This document shows, in pieces, positions 38,501-46,681 of a DNA stretch of 64,000 nt. The stretch comes from an uncultured Porphyromonadaceae bacterium (GTDB lineage Bacteria > Bacteroidota > Bacteroidia > Bacteroidales > Muribaculaceae): NCBI GenBank assembly GCA_947175295.1, contig CAMWMK010000002.1, forward strand, positions 11,290 through 75,289, read 5' to 3'. The position numbers and the translations under genes were made by a program. Each line of letters opens with the position of its first letter. Position 1 is the stretch's first letter. Below the pieces are notes generated by a model that was not told where the DNA came from, ran no database searches, and saw nothing but the letters and a program-made list of their open reading frames with translations.

Positions 38501-40113
38501 CCGATCAGGCCTACTCTATGACTTCCTATGAATTTACAGGAACTATCGATTGTAAGATTCTCAATTCTTGCGCCGTTATTTGAGTATCCAATAAGACCGA
38601 CACCTTCATTGTTAGGAAGGTTGATCTTAAGGTTGCTTATCTTATGCCCGTTGCCGTTAAGAAAACCAGTGAACTGTCTCGTCCAATTATCACCTAAACG
38701 GGGCACGTTGTCGTATCCCGAAAAATCAAGATCTTCCAGCAGTTCAATATATGCACTGCGGGCAGTCCGATTGACTTTATTAACTACACTGATATACTCT
38801 TCTACCGTAGACACTGTATATGCATGACTGCGTTCATTAAGTACTTCACCGCCAAAAAAACCGTAATCGTCTGATATCACTGAGTATGTGGGATCGATTG
38901 CAAAGTCAAGCAAGTCGTATTTTATCTTGCTCCATGGAGCCTCATATTTCAGGCGTCCCCCTGTCCTATAGTTATACCAATGTGAGAAATTTTCTTGATA
39001 GTATGTAGTGTTCCACATCTCGTAGTAGGGATATAGAGCAACAACATCACCCGGCACTGCATATACGATGTGTTCAACGGTATGTGTCGGTTGCCTTTCC
39101 TGACCTTGGGCCAAAGGATAGGGAGAAGTTTCCGGCTTTATCATTGAAAAGTCGGGAAATTCTATATTGATTCCATTATTCGTTAGTGCAGTCTTATCTT
39201 GGTCAGTAATCTCCTGCCAACCATTGACTTTGTTCTGAGGTGCAAAAATTCCCTTCGAATTTATAAATTCAAAGTCCTTATAATCCGTTACATAATCGTC
39301 AGATGTATGAAAACGATCTACGAAGGATGACGAATATTTGCTTCCATCACCGTCTTTTTTTCTGCTGAGGACATCAAATCGCGCCATCGCCATGTCGCGG
39401 TATATCTTCAATTCTCCACGTTCCCGGTTGTTGTTGGCGGTGACTATGAACCTCATCTTCTTAAGACGCTTATATTTAGGCACTTCAGAAATAAGGTCAT
39501 CAATATTCACGTTGTCTTTACTGAGGTCGTTGATGTTCATCCAAAGTTTCTTTATGAGGACCTTTGAAGAGAATTCCTGGGTTTCGGGACCACGATACAG
39601 GAGATACACATAGAAAAGTTCATGCCAGTTTTCGGCTACATCCTCATCATCATCTCCAAAGAGACCGATCACTTTGAATGCAGTAGGATGGGCATTGGCA
39701 AACCCGGTGTCTTTATCTCGCCTCACATAAATAAGAAGACAGTCGTTGTCGCCTGCTTTGTTGTAATCAAGCCCACCATCTTTCAGGTCAACTTCAATAA
39801 AAGCCGGGTTATCCTGCCATTCGGCGGGATTAGGCACTCCGGAAAAATACATTTCATTAGCACCGGGTTTGCCTAAGTTTTCAACCGGATAGTCAGGATG
39901 CTGATGATTCGTGCCTATCTTATCTATGAGAGAGCTATCATCAAGACCTGCTTGATATGGAAACATTTCAGTTTTTGCCTGCAAGGTGGCACCTATACAG
40001 ACACTAACCAATAAAACGAGATACCGCAGAGCATACTGAGTGATGCATGTATGTCTACAGATGAATTTATTAAAATCTGACATAATGGTATGAAATGACT
40101 GAAATCTGTGCAT
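32518..40113 (-). CDS. Giant (2531 aa) secreted surface protein with a T9SS type-A C-terminal sorting domain; positional analogue of Mfa5
   Basis: A single uninterrupted ORF with an N-terminal signal-like hydrophobic segment (LRYLVLLVSVCIGATLQA). An internal GLUG/beta-helix-like segment is present (GLIGYSNNG...GLIGLHNDG...AAGILGSTYG...AAVVGWAG). The C-terminal ~70 aa (LEVKVYDTLGRLMTSAV...HGVYVVEMANGNERKSVKISN) matches the T9SS CTD pattern. Confidence 0.85.
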   Translation of the reverse strand: MHRFQSFHTIMSDFNKFICRHTCITQYALRYLVLLVSVCIGATLQAKTEMFPYQAGLDDSSLIDKIGTNHQHPDYPVENLGKPGANEMYFSGVPNPAEWQDNPAFIEVDLKDGGLDYNKAGDNDCLLIYVRRDKDTGFANAHPTAFKVIGLFGDDDEDVAENWHELFYVYLLYRGPETQEFSSKVLIKKLWMNINDLSKDNVNIDDLISEVPKYKRLKKMRFIVTANNNRERGELKIYRDMAMARFDVLSRKKDGDGSKYSSSFVDRFHTSDDYVTDYKDFEFINSKGIFAPQNKVNGWQEITDQDKTALTNNGINIEFPDFSMIKPETSPYPLAQGQERQPTHTVEHIVYAVPGDVVALYPYYEMWNTTYYQENFSHWYNYRTGGRLKYEAPWSKIKYDLLDFAIDPTYSVISDDYGFFGGEVLNERSHAYTVSTVEEYISVVNKVNRTARSAYIELLEDLDFSGYDNVPRLGDNWTRQFTGFLNGNGHKISNLKINLPNNEGVGLIGYSNNGARIENLTIDSSCKFIGSHRVGLIGLHNDGYLYVRNVRNDATCVGTRKNDQINENGDKIYSEQTAAGILGSTYGNSNRLIFENCYIGGVIGSPDDNIAQRNNAAVVGWAGTVNISDTSPFDERNTFRNIVVNCTLYGAEYDRKYFRNNQEEGKGHIIINNCYGNLGAIQGFQELPEDNTNPLDWTNGIPPKVDPEGEDNLAIRGDRQTGTFATFFCPRNPYSPAGVQHNLPFDAFDAVDEEFIIAADFSQEFSKTKHVDLDNKTITEPLISSRHIFKIRDGKVFAEDFSGSAEKNENFVRKNQRMVSARAGVPFQIRFDTPVPKRGQARSNYYYKIDDDDYRRVCAMDIRVLNALTREPVGSGEIEFKAGEAFKSQGSRFIDNVEYKLGGNGEEYFRMLQCDNPREGNYIVQLIGKDVNGEIIKVYKSEQNLVVMEYNINFMPASGASMLTEDELYNDEAEVSFKHARVETLEEKYGLPRTSINFDEYIKLNHLSDENLKNKFVSYTDGFKSGNTEGMEGSYFKWPIKWDLSNYSFGYNNRHDYNMYMLASHSSVTPFNEKANQYDGNRKEDGKGLYDRLYYTTKRLNESESATEDNTKVEQGYFYYVNAATDPGVSARLEIKDICNGSTVHVSAWMAEFSNLSETANISFNFVAVLRDSEEDGDTSNQTPLPNGFKGGDRVVLHSFITGYVPRDGVTSAGGNNANHCGEWLNIYYSFVPRVSEFSADGITPDMIDHFELELDNNCKSSNGADYAIDDIRVYIANPIVLAEQIAPICDEPKTLVRIESGFDTLIQSFNEQEAKTASQGHDLTFYYTFIDKAVYDKTYEENIDSEDPNKVAFNASVVESSYIGRVDETSSHKYGVMTFNTYYKGNKDYIPTSEPDIKASIRTVDGERMIVFNTDLTVDHLKPGQTYYAILSTTEDPGTEDSETSEKLTDDNAHSVFNIKGYCVKFCEFTVKASNVIKIDGVVVEEANQFEICENQSPVIQVNIWGQVDGDFKEIDKNAYFDWFLGTNEEFLSLNDGVETHTLAEALSVFRAKYPTAETTDGITTDDNSGENGEGNGSERLIQWMLDIINKESSPVVDETNPNYNRSYGRLQLHQSSFVVPPARILEGDKWNETIPIVAIPINTSDKDIIICSNPTEIDLTVKKKSPKLQHGLKMPYPEDMADVPLRIGLDQMRTSQTENIDIFDSKVIEIPVRYTGSTNEKADRLTLAVESALMNDDNYASKEGAIVLVQTNDPEYKDLGTVDGKYETGHLLWTGEVINLTAELGEANAEGNLFDVKFDRNFKFKEGYYYRMRFQYQESVNSSAGEVADEEEVCNGHDVFTLKIVPKYLLWTGDRNVNWNNDDNWRRVASAELYADGKYGDAGYRHHVTDGKDADATINNREKSYAPLDFTHVIIPSPVVENNNDNDSSDIIEAPYLYGVTMSNVEVNRGGKTTEYNWPEKLETDGSGYADYPENGVGEATSMIQYDMAAYDVTPVSNDDASTACRPWYMNTCKEIHFKPGATIMNQHALDYDKAWVDVELDHSRWYTLASPLKDVFAGDFYLPSDGARQLTELFQDITFDNTLTTTHRFKPAVYQRGWDKSSAKVYEVDGPGVDADGVRNVVIKANWSLVYNDVAERYDGGVGFSIKTDVSHMETNKPGDDGKVLFRFPKADTEYFYFTQDGSQNGHETTVRTQSNHRLNETNGTISASTATEGKYFLIGNPFMTHMDIQKFLKANEGKLEQKYWIVTAKGQIAGSIDDNGKFIATPVPAEEGKTYAEPTVIAPMQGFFVEAKAARTSLDLVYDESMMRRYDSNKGILTEATRGDEKPDVFRITSYCEGNPTSAAILVTDIASGNDVAAMDNRDLEIPSTVYTAKNGQALSINFCDDAEGVEIGVIADAETKTVLRFDGSETIDGLSLLDKADYSLTPIHEGMEITVDGMAAGRYFLTYGARVEEVFGGIEWSKNNDGLEVCDRASSGYLEVKVYDTLGRLMTSAVSDGERIHIALSHGVYVVEMANGNERKSVKISN

Positions 40114-40130
40114 ACAGATATTTTTTTAAT

Positions 40131-41525
40131 TTACTTACTTCTGAGGTAAAGAGTCCGTGTGTATTTTAAATTGTCGATATTGAAGGTAAATGTAATTACG
40201 ATTGGTTCGTTCACCTTGTTCTCCGCCCCCATTTCAAAGTAGCCGTTCCATCTTCGGGTAGTAGAATCATATGTGAGATTCAACCCCTTGTAAATTTCCT
40301 TATCATAATCACATTGCACATAGTATGTCTTATCTGCTCCCGGTGTGTCATCCACAGTCAATTCCTTTCCTGTGCTGTCGATGAGTCTGGCGTCTATGTC
40401 GAATGCTCCGGATGAGGAGAAGGTGGCATAGAATTCAGTACCTTTATTTTCCACCTGTACTGGATATCCACCAATCGGAGGATAATCGTAGACGTTGAGC
40501 ATCGGCCTATAGTCTGAAATGACGATAGGGAAGAGAACATAGTCGTTGCGGTAGAAGAACTTGAGATCATCATCTGCTAAGGCATAAGTAGCGATTTCTT
40601 CAGTCTGGTCACCGCGTTTGAGTGTTATGCCGATATGGAAATGATCGGTAGGATGATTACCTTCCGCTATTGATTCTTTGATGTAGAAGCGGTGGCGTTC
40701 GGAAATGTCAGTAGTTTCTTTGTCAAGGGGAACGTCACTGTTCTGTATACCTACAGTTATTGGTTTGTAATAAACACCATCTGGAAGGGTCGGAGTAACG
40801 TCAGGATATTTATTGTCAGGAATTGGCTTTTCTTCATATTTTGGCATGAGGAATACAGATCCTGCATTAATAGGTTGAAGCCCAATCTCTGTAATGGATA
40901 TGTTGTCAGTTGTCTGTTTTACGAAAGCAAACTCAACACGACTGTATAGGCGGACAACTTCAATTGCAAAAGTTTCGTTGACAGTACCCTTTGGGGTGAA
41001 TTTAAGATATCCAGTCATCGGGATTGATTCCTCTGAAGAAAGAAAGTCTTTATCGCCATTTGCAGAATATAGAGCATTATTTATATCTTCGATATTGATT
41101 TTATCGCCAATCTTTGAAAGACCGAGGCTACTTGCAAATGCTTCGCAACTGTCTGCAGTGCTGTTGGTTTTATTGAAATTTGCGAACCCAAAGGCCGTGT
41201 ATGTCTTGTACAGTTCAAGTTCTACATTTACTACATCATTCCATACTCCTGACTGTGTCCCTTGGTCTAAAGCTACTACCGTTCCGCTATCATCGACGAT
41301 TGCAACAAACCAATTTTGTATCAGTTCATTGGATGTTGCTTGATGTTCAGGGAAAATGGCAGTGGCCCGTGTTAACGGCGCAAGTGGAGCAGCGGAGAGT
41401 GTAAGGGAAACAAATTTAGGTTGTCCGTTATCTTCTTTTTCGGGAACGTCATTTATACATGACGAGACAGCCAAACCTGTAAGGATGGCTGTCGCGAAGG
41501 GATATATGATCTGTCGAATTGTCAT
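40131..41525 (-). CDS. Type V pilus accessory/tip pilin-like lipoprotein (fimbrillin superfamily)
   Basis: 464 aa with lipobox LAVSSC. A prodomain-like FVSLTLSAAPLAPLTR|A carries the Arg processing site typical of type V pilins. The gene lies in operon context. Confidence 0.6.
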   Translation of the reverse strand: MTIRQIIYPFATAILTGLAVSSCINDVPEKEDNGQPKFVSLTLSAAPLAPLTRATAIFPEHQATSNELIQNWFVAIVDDSGTVVALDQGTQSGVWNDVVNVELELYKTYTAFGFANFNKTNSTADSCEAFASSLGLSKIGDKINIEDINNALYSANGDKDFLSSEESIPMTGYLKFTPKGTVNETFAIEVVRLYSRVEFAFVKQTTDNISITEIGLQPINAGSVFLMPKYEEKPIPDNKYPDVTPTLPDGVYYKPITVGIQNSDVPLDKETTDISERHRFYIKESIAEGNHPTDHFHIGITLKRGDQTEEIATYALADDDLKFFYRNDYVLFPIVISDYRPMLNVYDYPPIGGYPVQVENKGTEFYATFSSSGAFDIDARLIDSTGKELTVDDTPGADKTYYVQCDYDKEIYKGLNLTYDSTTRRWNGYFEMGAENKVNEPIVITFTFNIDNLKYTRTLYLRSK

Positions 41526-41559
41526 ATAAGCGTATATAGAATTTTAGTGTTCTTAATCA

Positions 41560-43272
41560 TTACATTATAATTTCCGGTTGAGGTCGGAAATTCCATTTGA
41601 TTACATATATTCGTGTATTTACATTGTGTGGTTCTGTAATCTCCGGTTTCGGTTGTCCAATACCGTTGAATGATAGTTTTATTCGGTATATGTTGTTACG
41701 AACTATGCCATATTTCATAGGGAAATTCTCATCTGAATCTTCGATATTTGCATGTTTTATCCAGATGTTGTAGTAGCATATGCCACCCGGATAATATACA
41801 GTCTCATACTTTCCTTCGCCAGGAAGAGTAGCCACGTATTCGTTCAGAGCATCTTCACTGGAAAAATAGAGATTGTATTTTTCATCCACAATGTTTGTAT
41901 TATAGGCTCCTACTGTTCGGAACAGCCAGAAGTCATTGCCATCGACATATTCCTCTGATTTAGCATCGTCTCCTATATCACCGGTAGTGTATACCTTGGC
42001 AGGGTGATATTGTGCACGGAAAAGCAGACCTGTAAGGTAGTCGGAGGCATTTTCTAAAACTTGAATCTCCTCTGGATGGGTATTTTCATTCGCATATGTG
42101 ACGATGAGGGCTTTGTCTTCTGTTTTCTGGTCATAACTGTCGATAGGAATATCGATAGGTTTGCCAAAATTTGAGATTTCATATTGATTAGAGAAGAAAT
42201 AATTGTTTTGTTTGCGCAGGAATCCAGCTGAGCTTTTTCCATACCAATTAGACAAGATAGCCTCAGTGGTCTCTTCGCTTTTATCTTTGAAGCAAGGAGA
42301 TATGACGTAATTTGTCGGTTTCTGACCATCAAGAGTCTCATCTGCTGCTATTAGGACATTATCGACATTATCTCCATTTGAAAGATGTTTCAACAGATAG
42401 GAATTCTGTTGCATGAGATTTACAGGAATGATGTTTGAGATAGACAAGGTATGTTCGACATTCTTTACCTTATATCTAAGTTGGTTGTCAATATCGATCC
42501 ATCCTTTTTCCTGTTTATCTCGTGTAGATGAGTTGTTAGAAAACTGAAGGTCAATACGAGCTGCTACTCTTTCAAGTGTTATTTCGGTAGAATAGACAAT
42601 TCCGTCATTTCCAGTGGATACATTTATAAGACCTTCATTATAAATATAACTGTCAGGTTGTATCACTCCATTAAATGCAGGGGACATTACAAAACGGTCG
42701 GCGGTTGTCGTAGATTCACCTATCCAAGCTTTGCCATATTGTACATTGTCGACAATTGTCTTGGTACGGGTTTGATTGACCGCTACGGATGAGAAGATAT
42801 CTCCTGTATTGGCAACAACAATGCAACGACAAGAGTTAGGCAAACCTGCATATTCCCTGAATATTTCCAAATCCGCCTTATTCAATGGAATCTTCACATT
42901 ATAAATTCGATCATGATTATAGCTTGGATTGTCATTTTCAGTTTCAATCATAGACGAATCTACATATTTAGACCATCTTATATAATAGTTGCCGTCAAGA
43001 CCATTGTTGTTATCTCTATATAGAAATATATTTAGGTCGTAGATAGCATTCTCCTTACCTTGTCCATGCTCATAGCCATCGCCTATCTCTCCGCCAGTAG
43101 GGTTGGAACGCGTCCCTAAATTTCCTCCAGTTGTGACAGTAAGCTCTAAATAAGCCATTACTTCATCCGAAATCACTTCCGGACACGAATCATCTGCCTC
43201 ATATACACATGACGGGAGTGTGAGCAACGGCAAGATTGAAAATGAGAGTATCGCTTTTCTTAGAAAAGACAT
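41560..43272 (-). CDS. Type V pilus accessory pilin-like lipoprotein (Mfa1/fimbrillin superfamily)
   Basis: The ATG at 43272 gives MSFLRKAILSFSILPLLTLPSC, a lipoprotein signal. The sequence continues YLELTVTTGGNLGTR|S. The C-terminus NNIYRIKLSFNGIG...IYVIKWNF resembles the Mfa1-family C-terminal strand region. The longer ORF start at 43371 would overlap the upstream gene. Confidence 0.65.
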   Translation of the reverse strand: MSFLRKAILSFSILPLLTLPSCVYEADDSCPEVISDEVMAYLELTVTTGGNLGTRSNPTGGEIGDGYEHGQGKENAIYDLNIFLYRDNNNGLDGNYYIRWSKYVDSSMIETENDNPSYNHDRIYNVKIPLNKADLEIFREYAGLPNSCRCIVVANTGDIFSSVAVNQTRTKTIVDNVQYGKAWIGESTTTADRFVMSPAFNGVIQPDSYIYNEGLINVSTGNDGIVYSTEITLERVAARIDLQFSNNSSTRDKQEKGWIDIDNQLRYKVKNVEHTLSISNIIPVNLMQQNSYLLKHLSNGDNVDNVLIAADETLDGQKPTNYVISPCFKDKSEETTEAILSNWYGKSSAGFLRKQNNYFFSNQYEISNFGKPIDIPIDSYDQKTEDKALIVTYANENTHPEEIQVLENASDYLTGLLFRAQYHPAKVYTTGDIGDDAKSEEYVDGNDFWLFRTVGAYNTNIVDEKYNLYFSSEDALNEYVATLPGEGKYETVYYPGGICYYNIWIKHANIEDSDENFPMKYGIVRNNIYRIKLSFNGIGQPKPEITEPHNVNTRIYVIKWNFRPQPEIIM

Positions 43273-43298
43273 TTTACGAATTGTTTGATTGAAAAATG

Positions 43299-44549
43299 TT
43301 ATTTTATCACCACGTTCTGAATACGTTTGCTCCATGACAGAATATCTATCATGACTGTCACGTATTCCCACGTGTCACCTTTAAGGATAAAGTCGAGATG
43401 ATAGTCGTGTTCGCGGTCAAGGTATTCTTGTGGAGAATAATTGTAATACTCATATGCCGTACGTCCCTGTGCTAAGATATACGGGAGGTTGATTGTAGCT
43501 ACGTCTTCGCCTGTCTCCTTGTTTCTGATACGGAGGATAGCACATTTGTTGGGATCGGAATCATACATCACGCGATTGTACATGATATTGAAGTGTGCTG
43601 TGCGTTCCCGACTTGGATCGTTCTCATCGATATCAGAGCGTGTCGGTATCTTGGCCCCGGCATTGAGGGCTCTGGTAAGGTCGCCTGATTCGTATTCGAG
43701 TCCGTTATTACTGAAACGAGTAGTCCATCCTGCGAAGGGAGTATATCTTAGAGGATGGTGTGGCACTATGCTGTTGTCGTGAGCCAGAATGGCATTGTCG
43801 TCGTCGATAGTCACTTCATAGCGTGAATGCTGCATGTCGGCCTTGTTGTTGAGCTGTCGCAGGGTTATGTTGAGATGCTTGGTGTCCCTTATAAGGGAAA
43901 CAGTGGCATATGTGGCATGATCATCAGTGACAGTGACATATTGCTCCTCCATCGGGTATATGCTGTAAGGAGCAGAAGTACGGTGCATATCTGGAATATT
44001 GCGCGAATCCATAGGATCGTAAGACATCACTTTCAATGTATGCCAGAGGGTATCGAGAGGCAGCGAGTGATGATCTACGTTGTGGCGACCGGTCAGTTCA
44101 TCAGGCTGCTCGGAATGATCGAGGGTAATATTGAAGTCAGTAGCTTCTGTGTGTTCTGAGACACGGTTGTATTTCGCACGGCTGGTTGTCTGGGCATTAT
44201 TCCAGTCGTTCTGCAGACCTATTGCCTGAAGGCGATAGCGTCCCGGTGCGAGTTCGCCGGGAGAGAAGTGCATGGTGTAGCCGTAATTGGCAAGGGGACT
44301 GTTGCCATCTATATTTGAAACGGAGCGTTCAGCCACCTTATGGCCGTTCTCGTCATAGATATACAGCGTGACGTGACCGACGTGATCCTTAAACATGTCG
44401 GCGCGCATCGTATTGTAGTCGTAGACGTAACGCACATAAAGACCGGTAGGACAGTCATCTAAATCTTCGGTCATCATCGAGCAGGATGAGGCAACGAGAG
44501 AACTACATATAATTGCTGCGTTTGTCAATTTATGAAGAAAACGGTTCAT
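43299..44549 (-). CDS. FimB/Mfa2-family fimbrial anchor subunit lipoprotein
   Basis: The ATG at 44549 gives MNRFLHKLTNAAIICSSLVASSCS. The following DLDDCPTGLYVRYVYDYNTMRADMFKDHVGHVTLYIYDENG matches the Mfa2/FimB N-terminal pattern. No GTR prodomain site is present. Confidence 0.75.
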   Translation of the reverse strand: MNRFLHKLTNAAIICSSLVASSCSMMTEDLDDCPTGLYVRYVYDYNTMRADMFKDHVGHVTLYIYDENGHKVAERSVSNIDGNSPLANYGYTMHFSPGELAPGRYRLQAIGLQNDWNNAQTTSRAKYNRVSEHTEATDFNITLDHSEQPDELTGRHNVDHHSLPLDTLWHTLKVMSYDPMDSRNIPDMHRTSAPYSIYPMEEQYVTVTDDHATYATVSLIRDTKHLNITLRQLNNKADMQHSRYEVTIDDDNAILAHDNSIVPHHPLRYTPFAGWTTRFSNNGLEYESGDLTRALNAGAKIPTRSDIDENDPSRERTAHFNIMYNRVMYDSDPNKCAILRIRNKETGEDVATINLPYILAQGRTAYEYYNYSPQEYLDREHDYHLDFILKGDTWEYVTVMIDILSWSKRIQNVVIK

Positions 44550-44650
44550 ATTCAATTTATTTTGTAGGGAAGAATGGGTCTTTTGAAATTTAGACCATTT
44601 GTCAAAAGATAAAGAGAGATAAAATTTAAATATGTTATGTAGGTATATAA

Positions 44651-44683
44651 GGGCAGGGAACACCAAGGGACGTGTCCCTGCCC
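44651..44683 (-). terminator. Stem-loop directly after the major pilin gene (possible intra-operon attenuator)
   Basis: GGGCAGGGA (44651-44659) pairs with TCCCTGCCC (44675-44683), a 9-bp GC-rich stem 19 nt after the Mfa1-like stop. On the transcript it is followed by UUAUAUA. Confidence 0.5.
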
Positions 44684-44701
44684 TGTTGTCTATAGAACTA
44701 C

Positions 44702-46540
44702 TTATAGTTCTTCGCTTTGTGTACGCTTAGCCCAAGAGAGAATGTTGATCTTGCAGGCAATGGCTTTTTCGGGATCCACCTTATCATCAGGAGTCTTGTC
44801 AAGAACAAGGTTGCCAACTAAAGGTTCTCCATATTTTTCGATTGCTGAAATGCTTAAATGATACCAGTTGTTGCGTAATACACCGTAACGACCGAGATAA
44901 TTATTTGCGTTGTAATCGGGATAAGACTCAGCGGTTGTAGTGGTTTCTCCATTAGGTTCTTTCCACGGGGTCAGGTCATCGCCGAAGTGCTTGATACGGA
45001 CAGCATAATAGGAAACACCATCAACATATGCATTGAATGTAACCTGAGAATTGATATCCTCTATGATATTATTGACATCTATGTTTTCAGGAAATTCAAC
45101 AACGGAAGGGTTGTCTTCACCGTTAAGAAGCTGAATAGACGAAATCAGGAGCTTTCCATCCTTAACCTCGTATCCAAGATTGACCCATTTATTAGCAGCT
45201 GTTCCTTTATTGGTCTTTTCATCAAAAATACAATCGAGACCATCTATAGTAATTGTTGTAGGAGTATCGAAATAGTCAGTCCACGTTTTAACTACATCGG
45301 CATTTTCCACAACAAAGTGAGCAAGACTCATCTGAGCATCTTTGCTTGTGTATTTAGTAACACGGTCAATACCGCGTGTGAAGAAAATACCATCTTCAAA
45401 AGTTACCTTTAGAATAACTCTGGTTGTGTTAAGATAATCCTGATGCTTTACATCAAATGTATTCTCATAACAATATTGTGAAGAAGTTTCCGGTTTGAAG
45501 GTATTTTTGTCTATGTCTGCATCTTTAAGCACGACGAGGTTGCCATCATCGATGCCATTACCATTAGGATCATAGCCAAAATATAGACGGTAGAACAGGT
45601 TGGTGGCGTCGAAGGGTGAATTTCCAACGAATCGATAATTCTGAGAGGGCTTGATGGTAAGTCCTGCAAGGAAATTTGCATCTTGAGTATAAGCCATCCA
45701 CGCTGGTGCTTCAGAACCATCATAACTTCCATAAACCAAATTACGAGCAACGTAAGATGACGGCTCTGTATTGTCAATTACCCATTCTAAAGACTTTATT
45801 GTACCAATGGGCTTTCTAAGTAAATCCCTTTCTAATGTAACCTTTGCAACAGCACGTTCTACAAAGATTTCTGCTGCAGGATCTTCCTTAGCTTTATCCT
45901 TTGTTTCTGCAATTTTTTCTTTGTCAACCGGCGCAAGGAAATGGATTAAACCAGTTGGTGCTGATGCTACGCCTGATCCTGGTTCTGTTGTATAAGGCGC
46001 ATTTGTCATAAAGAAGTTGGATCCATTGGCAAAGGCCAGGTCTTTCGTTGTGGTAAGAGCCATAAACTCTTTAATGCTTCCTGTGAATGTACCACCACCA
46101 ACCAAATTTAGATTGTGATCGTCATCAATAGAGAAAAGGTTGTTGGAGTTTATTAAAGCGACAGCCCAAAGAGATTCTGTATTTTCTGTTACTTCAACAG
46201 GAAAAGTGACCAAGTGGGATGATGTTATTTGATCATCGTCAGGTTTTACAAATTGAAATTCGTTAGTCACATTGTAAGCCTTAAGGAATGTAGCGGATTC
46301 TTCTCGACCGGAGAAAAACACTATCGCGGCATTGTTTACCTGATATTCTGACTTATCTCCATCTCCAAAATTATCGTTGGCACGAGTTCCTACACTGGTA
46401 GGCATACCGATGGCAATGGATACATATCCAGAGCCTTTGCTGTCATCATTTCCGCCCAAGTCTGGGGCGATGTCTTTGTCGGAGCAGGCGGCCATCATGG
46501 TCAGTGCGGCTGCTCCGTAGAGCCATTGTTTTAGCTTCAT
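44702..46540 (-). CDS. Mfa1-family type V pilus major subunit (lipoprotein precursor)
   Basis: 612 aa with lipobox LTMMAACSD. A prodomain ends at SVGTR|AND, an Arg-protease maturation site. The C-terminal RNNWYHLSISAI...ACKINILSWAKR is typical of the Mfa1 family. Confidence 0.8.
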   Translation of the reverse strand: MKLKQWLYGAAALTMMAACSDKDIAPDLGGNDDSKGSGYVSIAIGMPTSVGTRANDNFGDGDKSEYQVNNAAIVFFSGREESATFLKAYNVTNEFQFVKPDDDQITSSHLVTFPVEVTENTESLWAVALINSNNLFSIDDDHNLNLVGGGTFTGSIKEFMALTTTKDLAFANGSNFFMTNAPYTTEPGSGVASAPTGLIHFLAPVDKEKIAETKDKAKEDPAAEIFVERAVAKVTLERDLLRKPIGTIKSLEWVIDNTEPSSYVARNLVYGSYDGSEAPAWMAYTQDANFLAGLTIKPSQNYRFVGNSPFDATNLFYRLYFGYDPNGNGIDDGNLVVLKDADIDKNTFKPETSSQYCYENTFDVKHQDYLNTTRVILKVTFEDGIFFTRGIDRVTKYTSKDAQMSLAHFVVENADVVKTWTDYFDTPTTITIDGLDCIFDEKTNKGTAANKWVNLGYEVKDGKLLISSIQLLNGEDNPSVVEFPENIDVNNIIEDINSQVTFNAYVDGVSYYAVRIKHFGDDLTPWKEPNGETTTTAESYPDYNANNYLGRYGVLRNNWYHLSISAIEKYGEPLVGNLVLDKTPDDKVDPEKAIACKINILSWAKRTQSEEL

Positions 46541-46681
46541 TGTTGTTTGTTTTAAGTTATTTGTATTTTGGTTGTTATGTTATTATAATTTTGCGTTGCT
46601 TGGAGTACCTACGGCTTCCGCCTTGGCACGGTAGGTGGGTGGCATGGGGGAGGCTGGAAGCCTCCTTTCCATGGGGTGCTC

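Noticed and set aside
32518-40113. The giant surface protein as a possible diversity-generating retroelement target or shufflon.
   Set aside because: The window has no reverse transcriptase, no template-repeat-like duplicate of any part of the gene that I could see, and no recombinase.
43273-43371. N-terminal extensions of the ORF-track models 41560-43371 and 43299-44666, and similarly 21332, 19714, 50153, 29529 and 60025.
   Set aside because: The extended starts overlap the upstream gene, or use TTG codons, or lie upstream of a promoter box. An internal ATG immediately precedes a canonical signal or lipoprotein peptide or a conserved N-terminus, so the shorter models were used.
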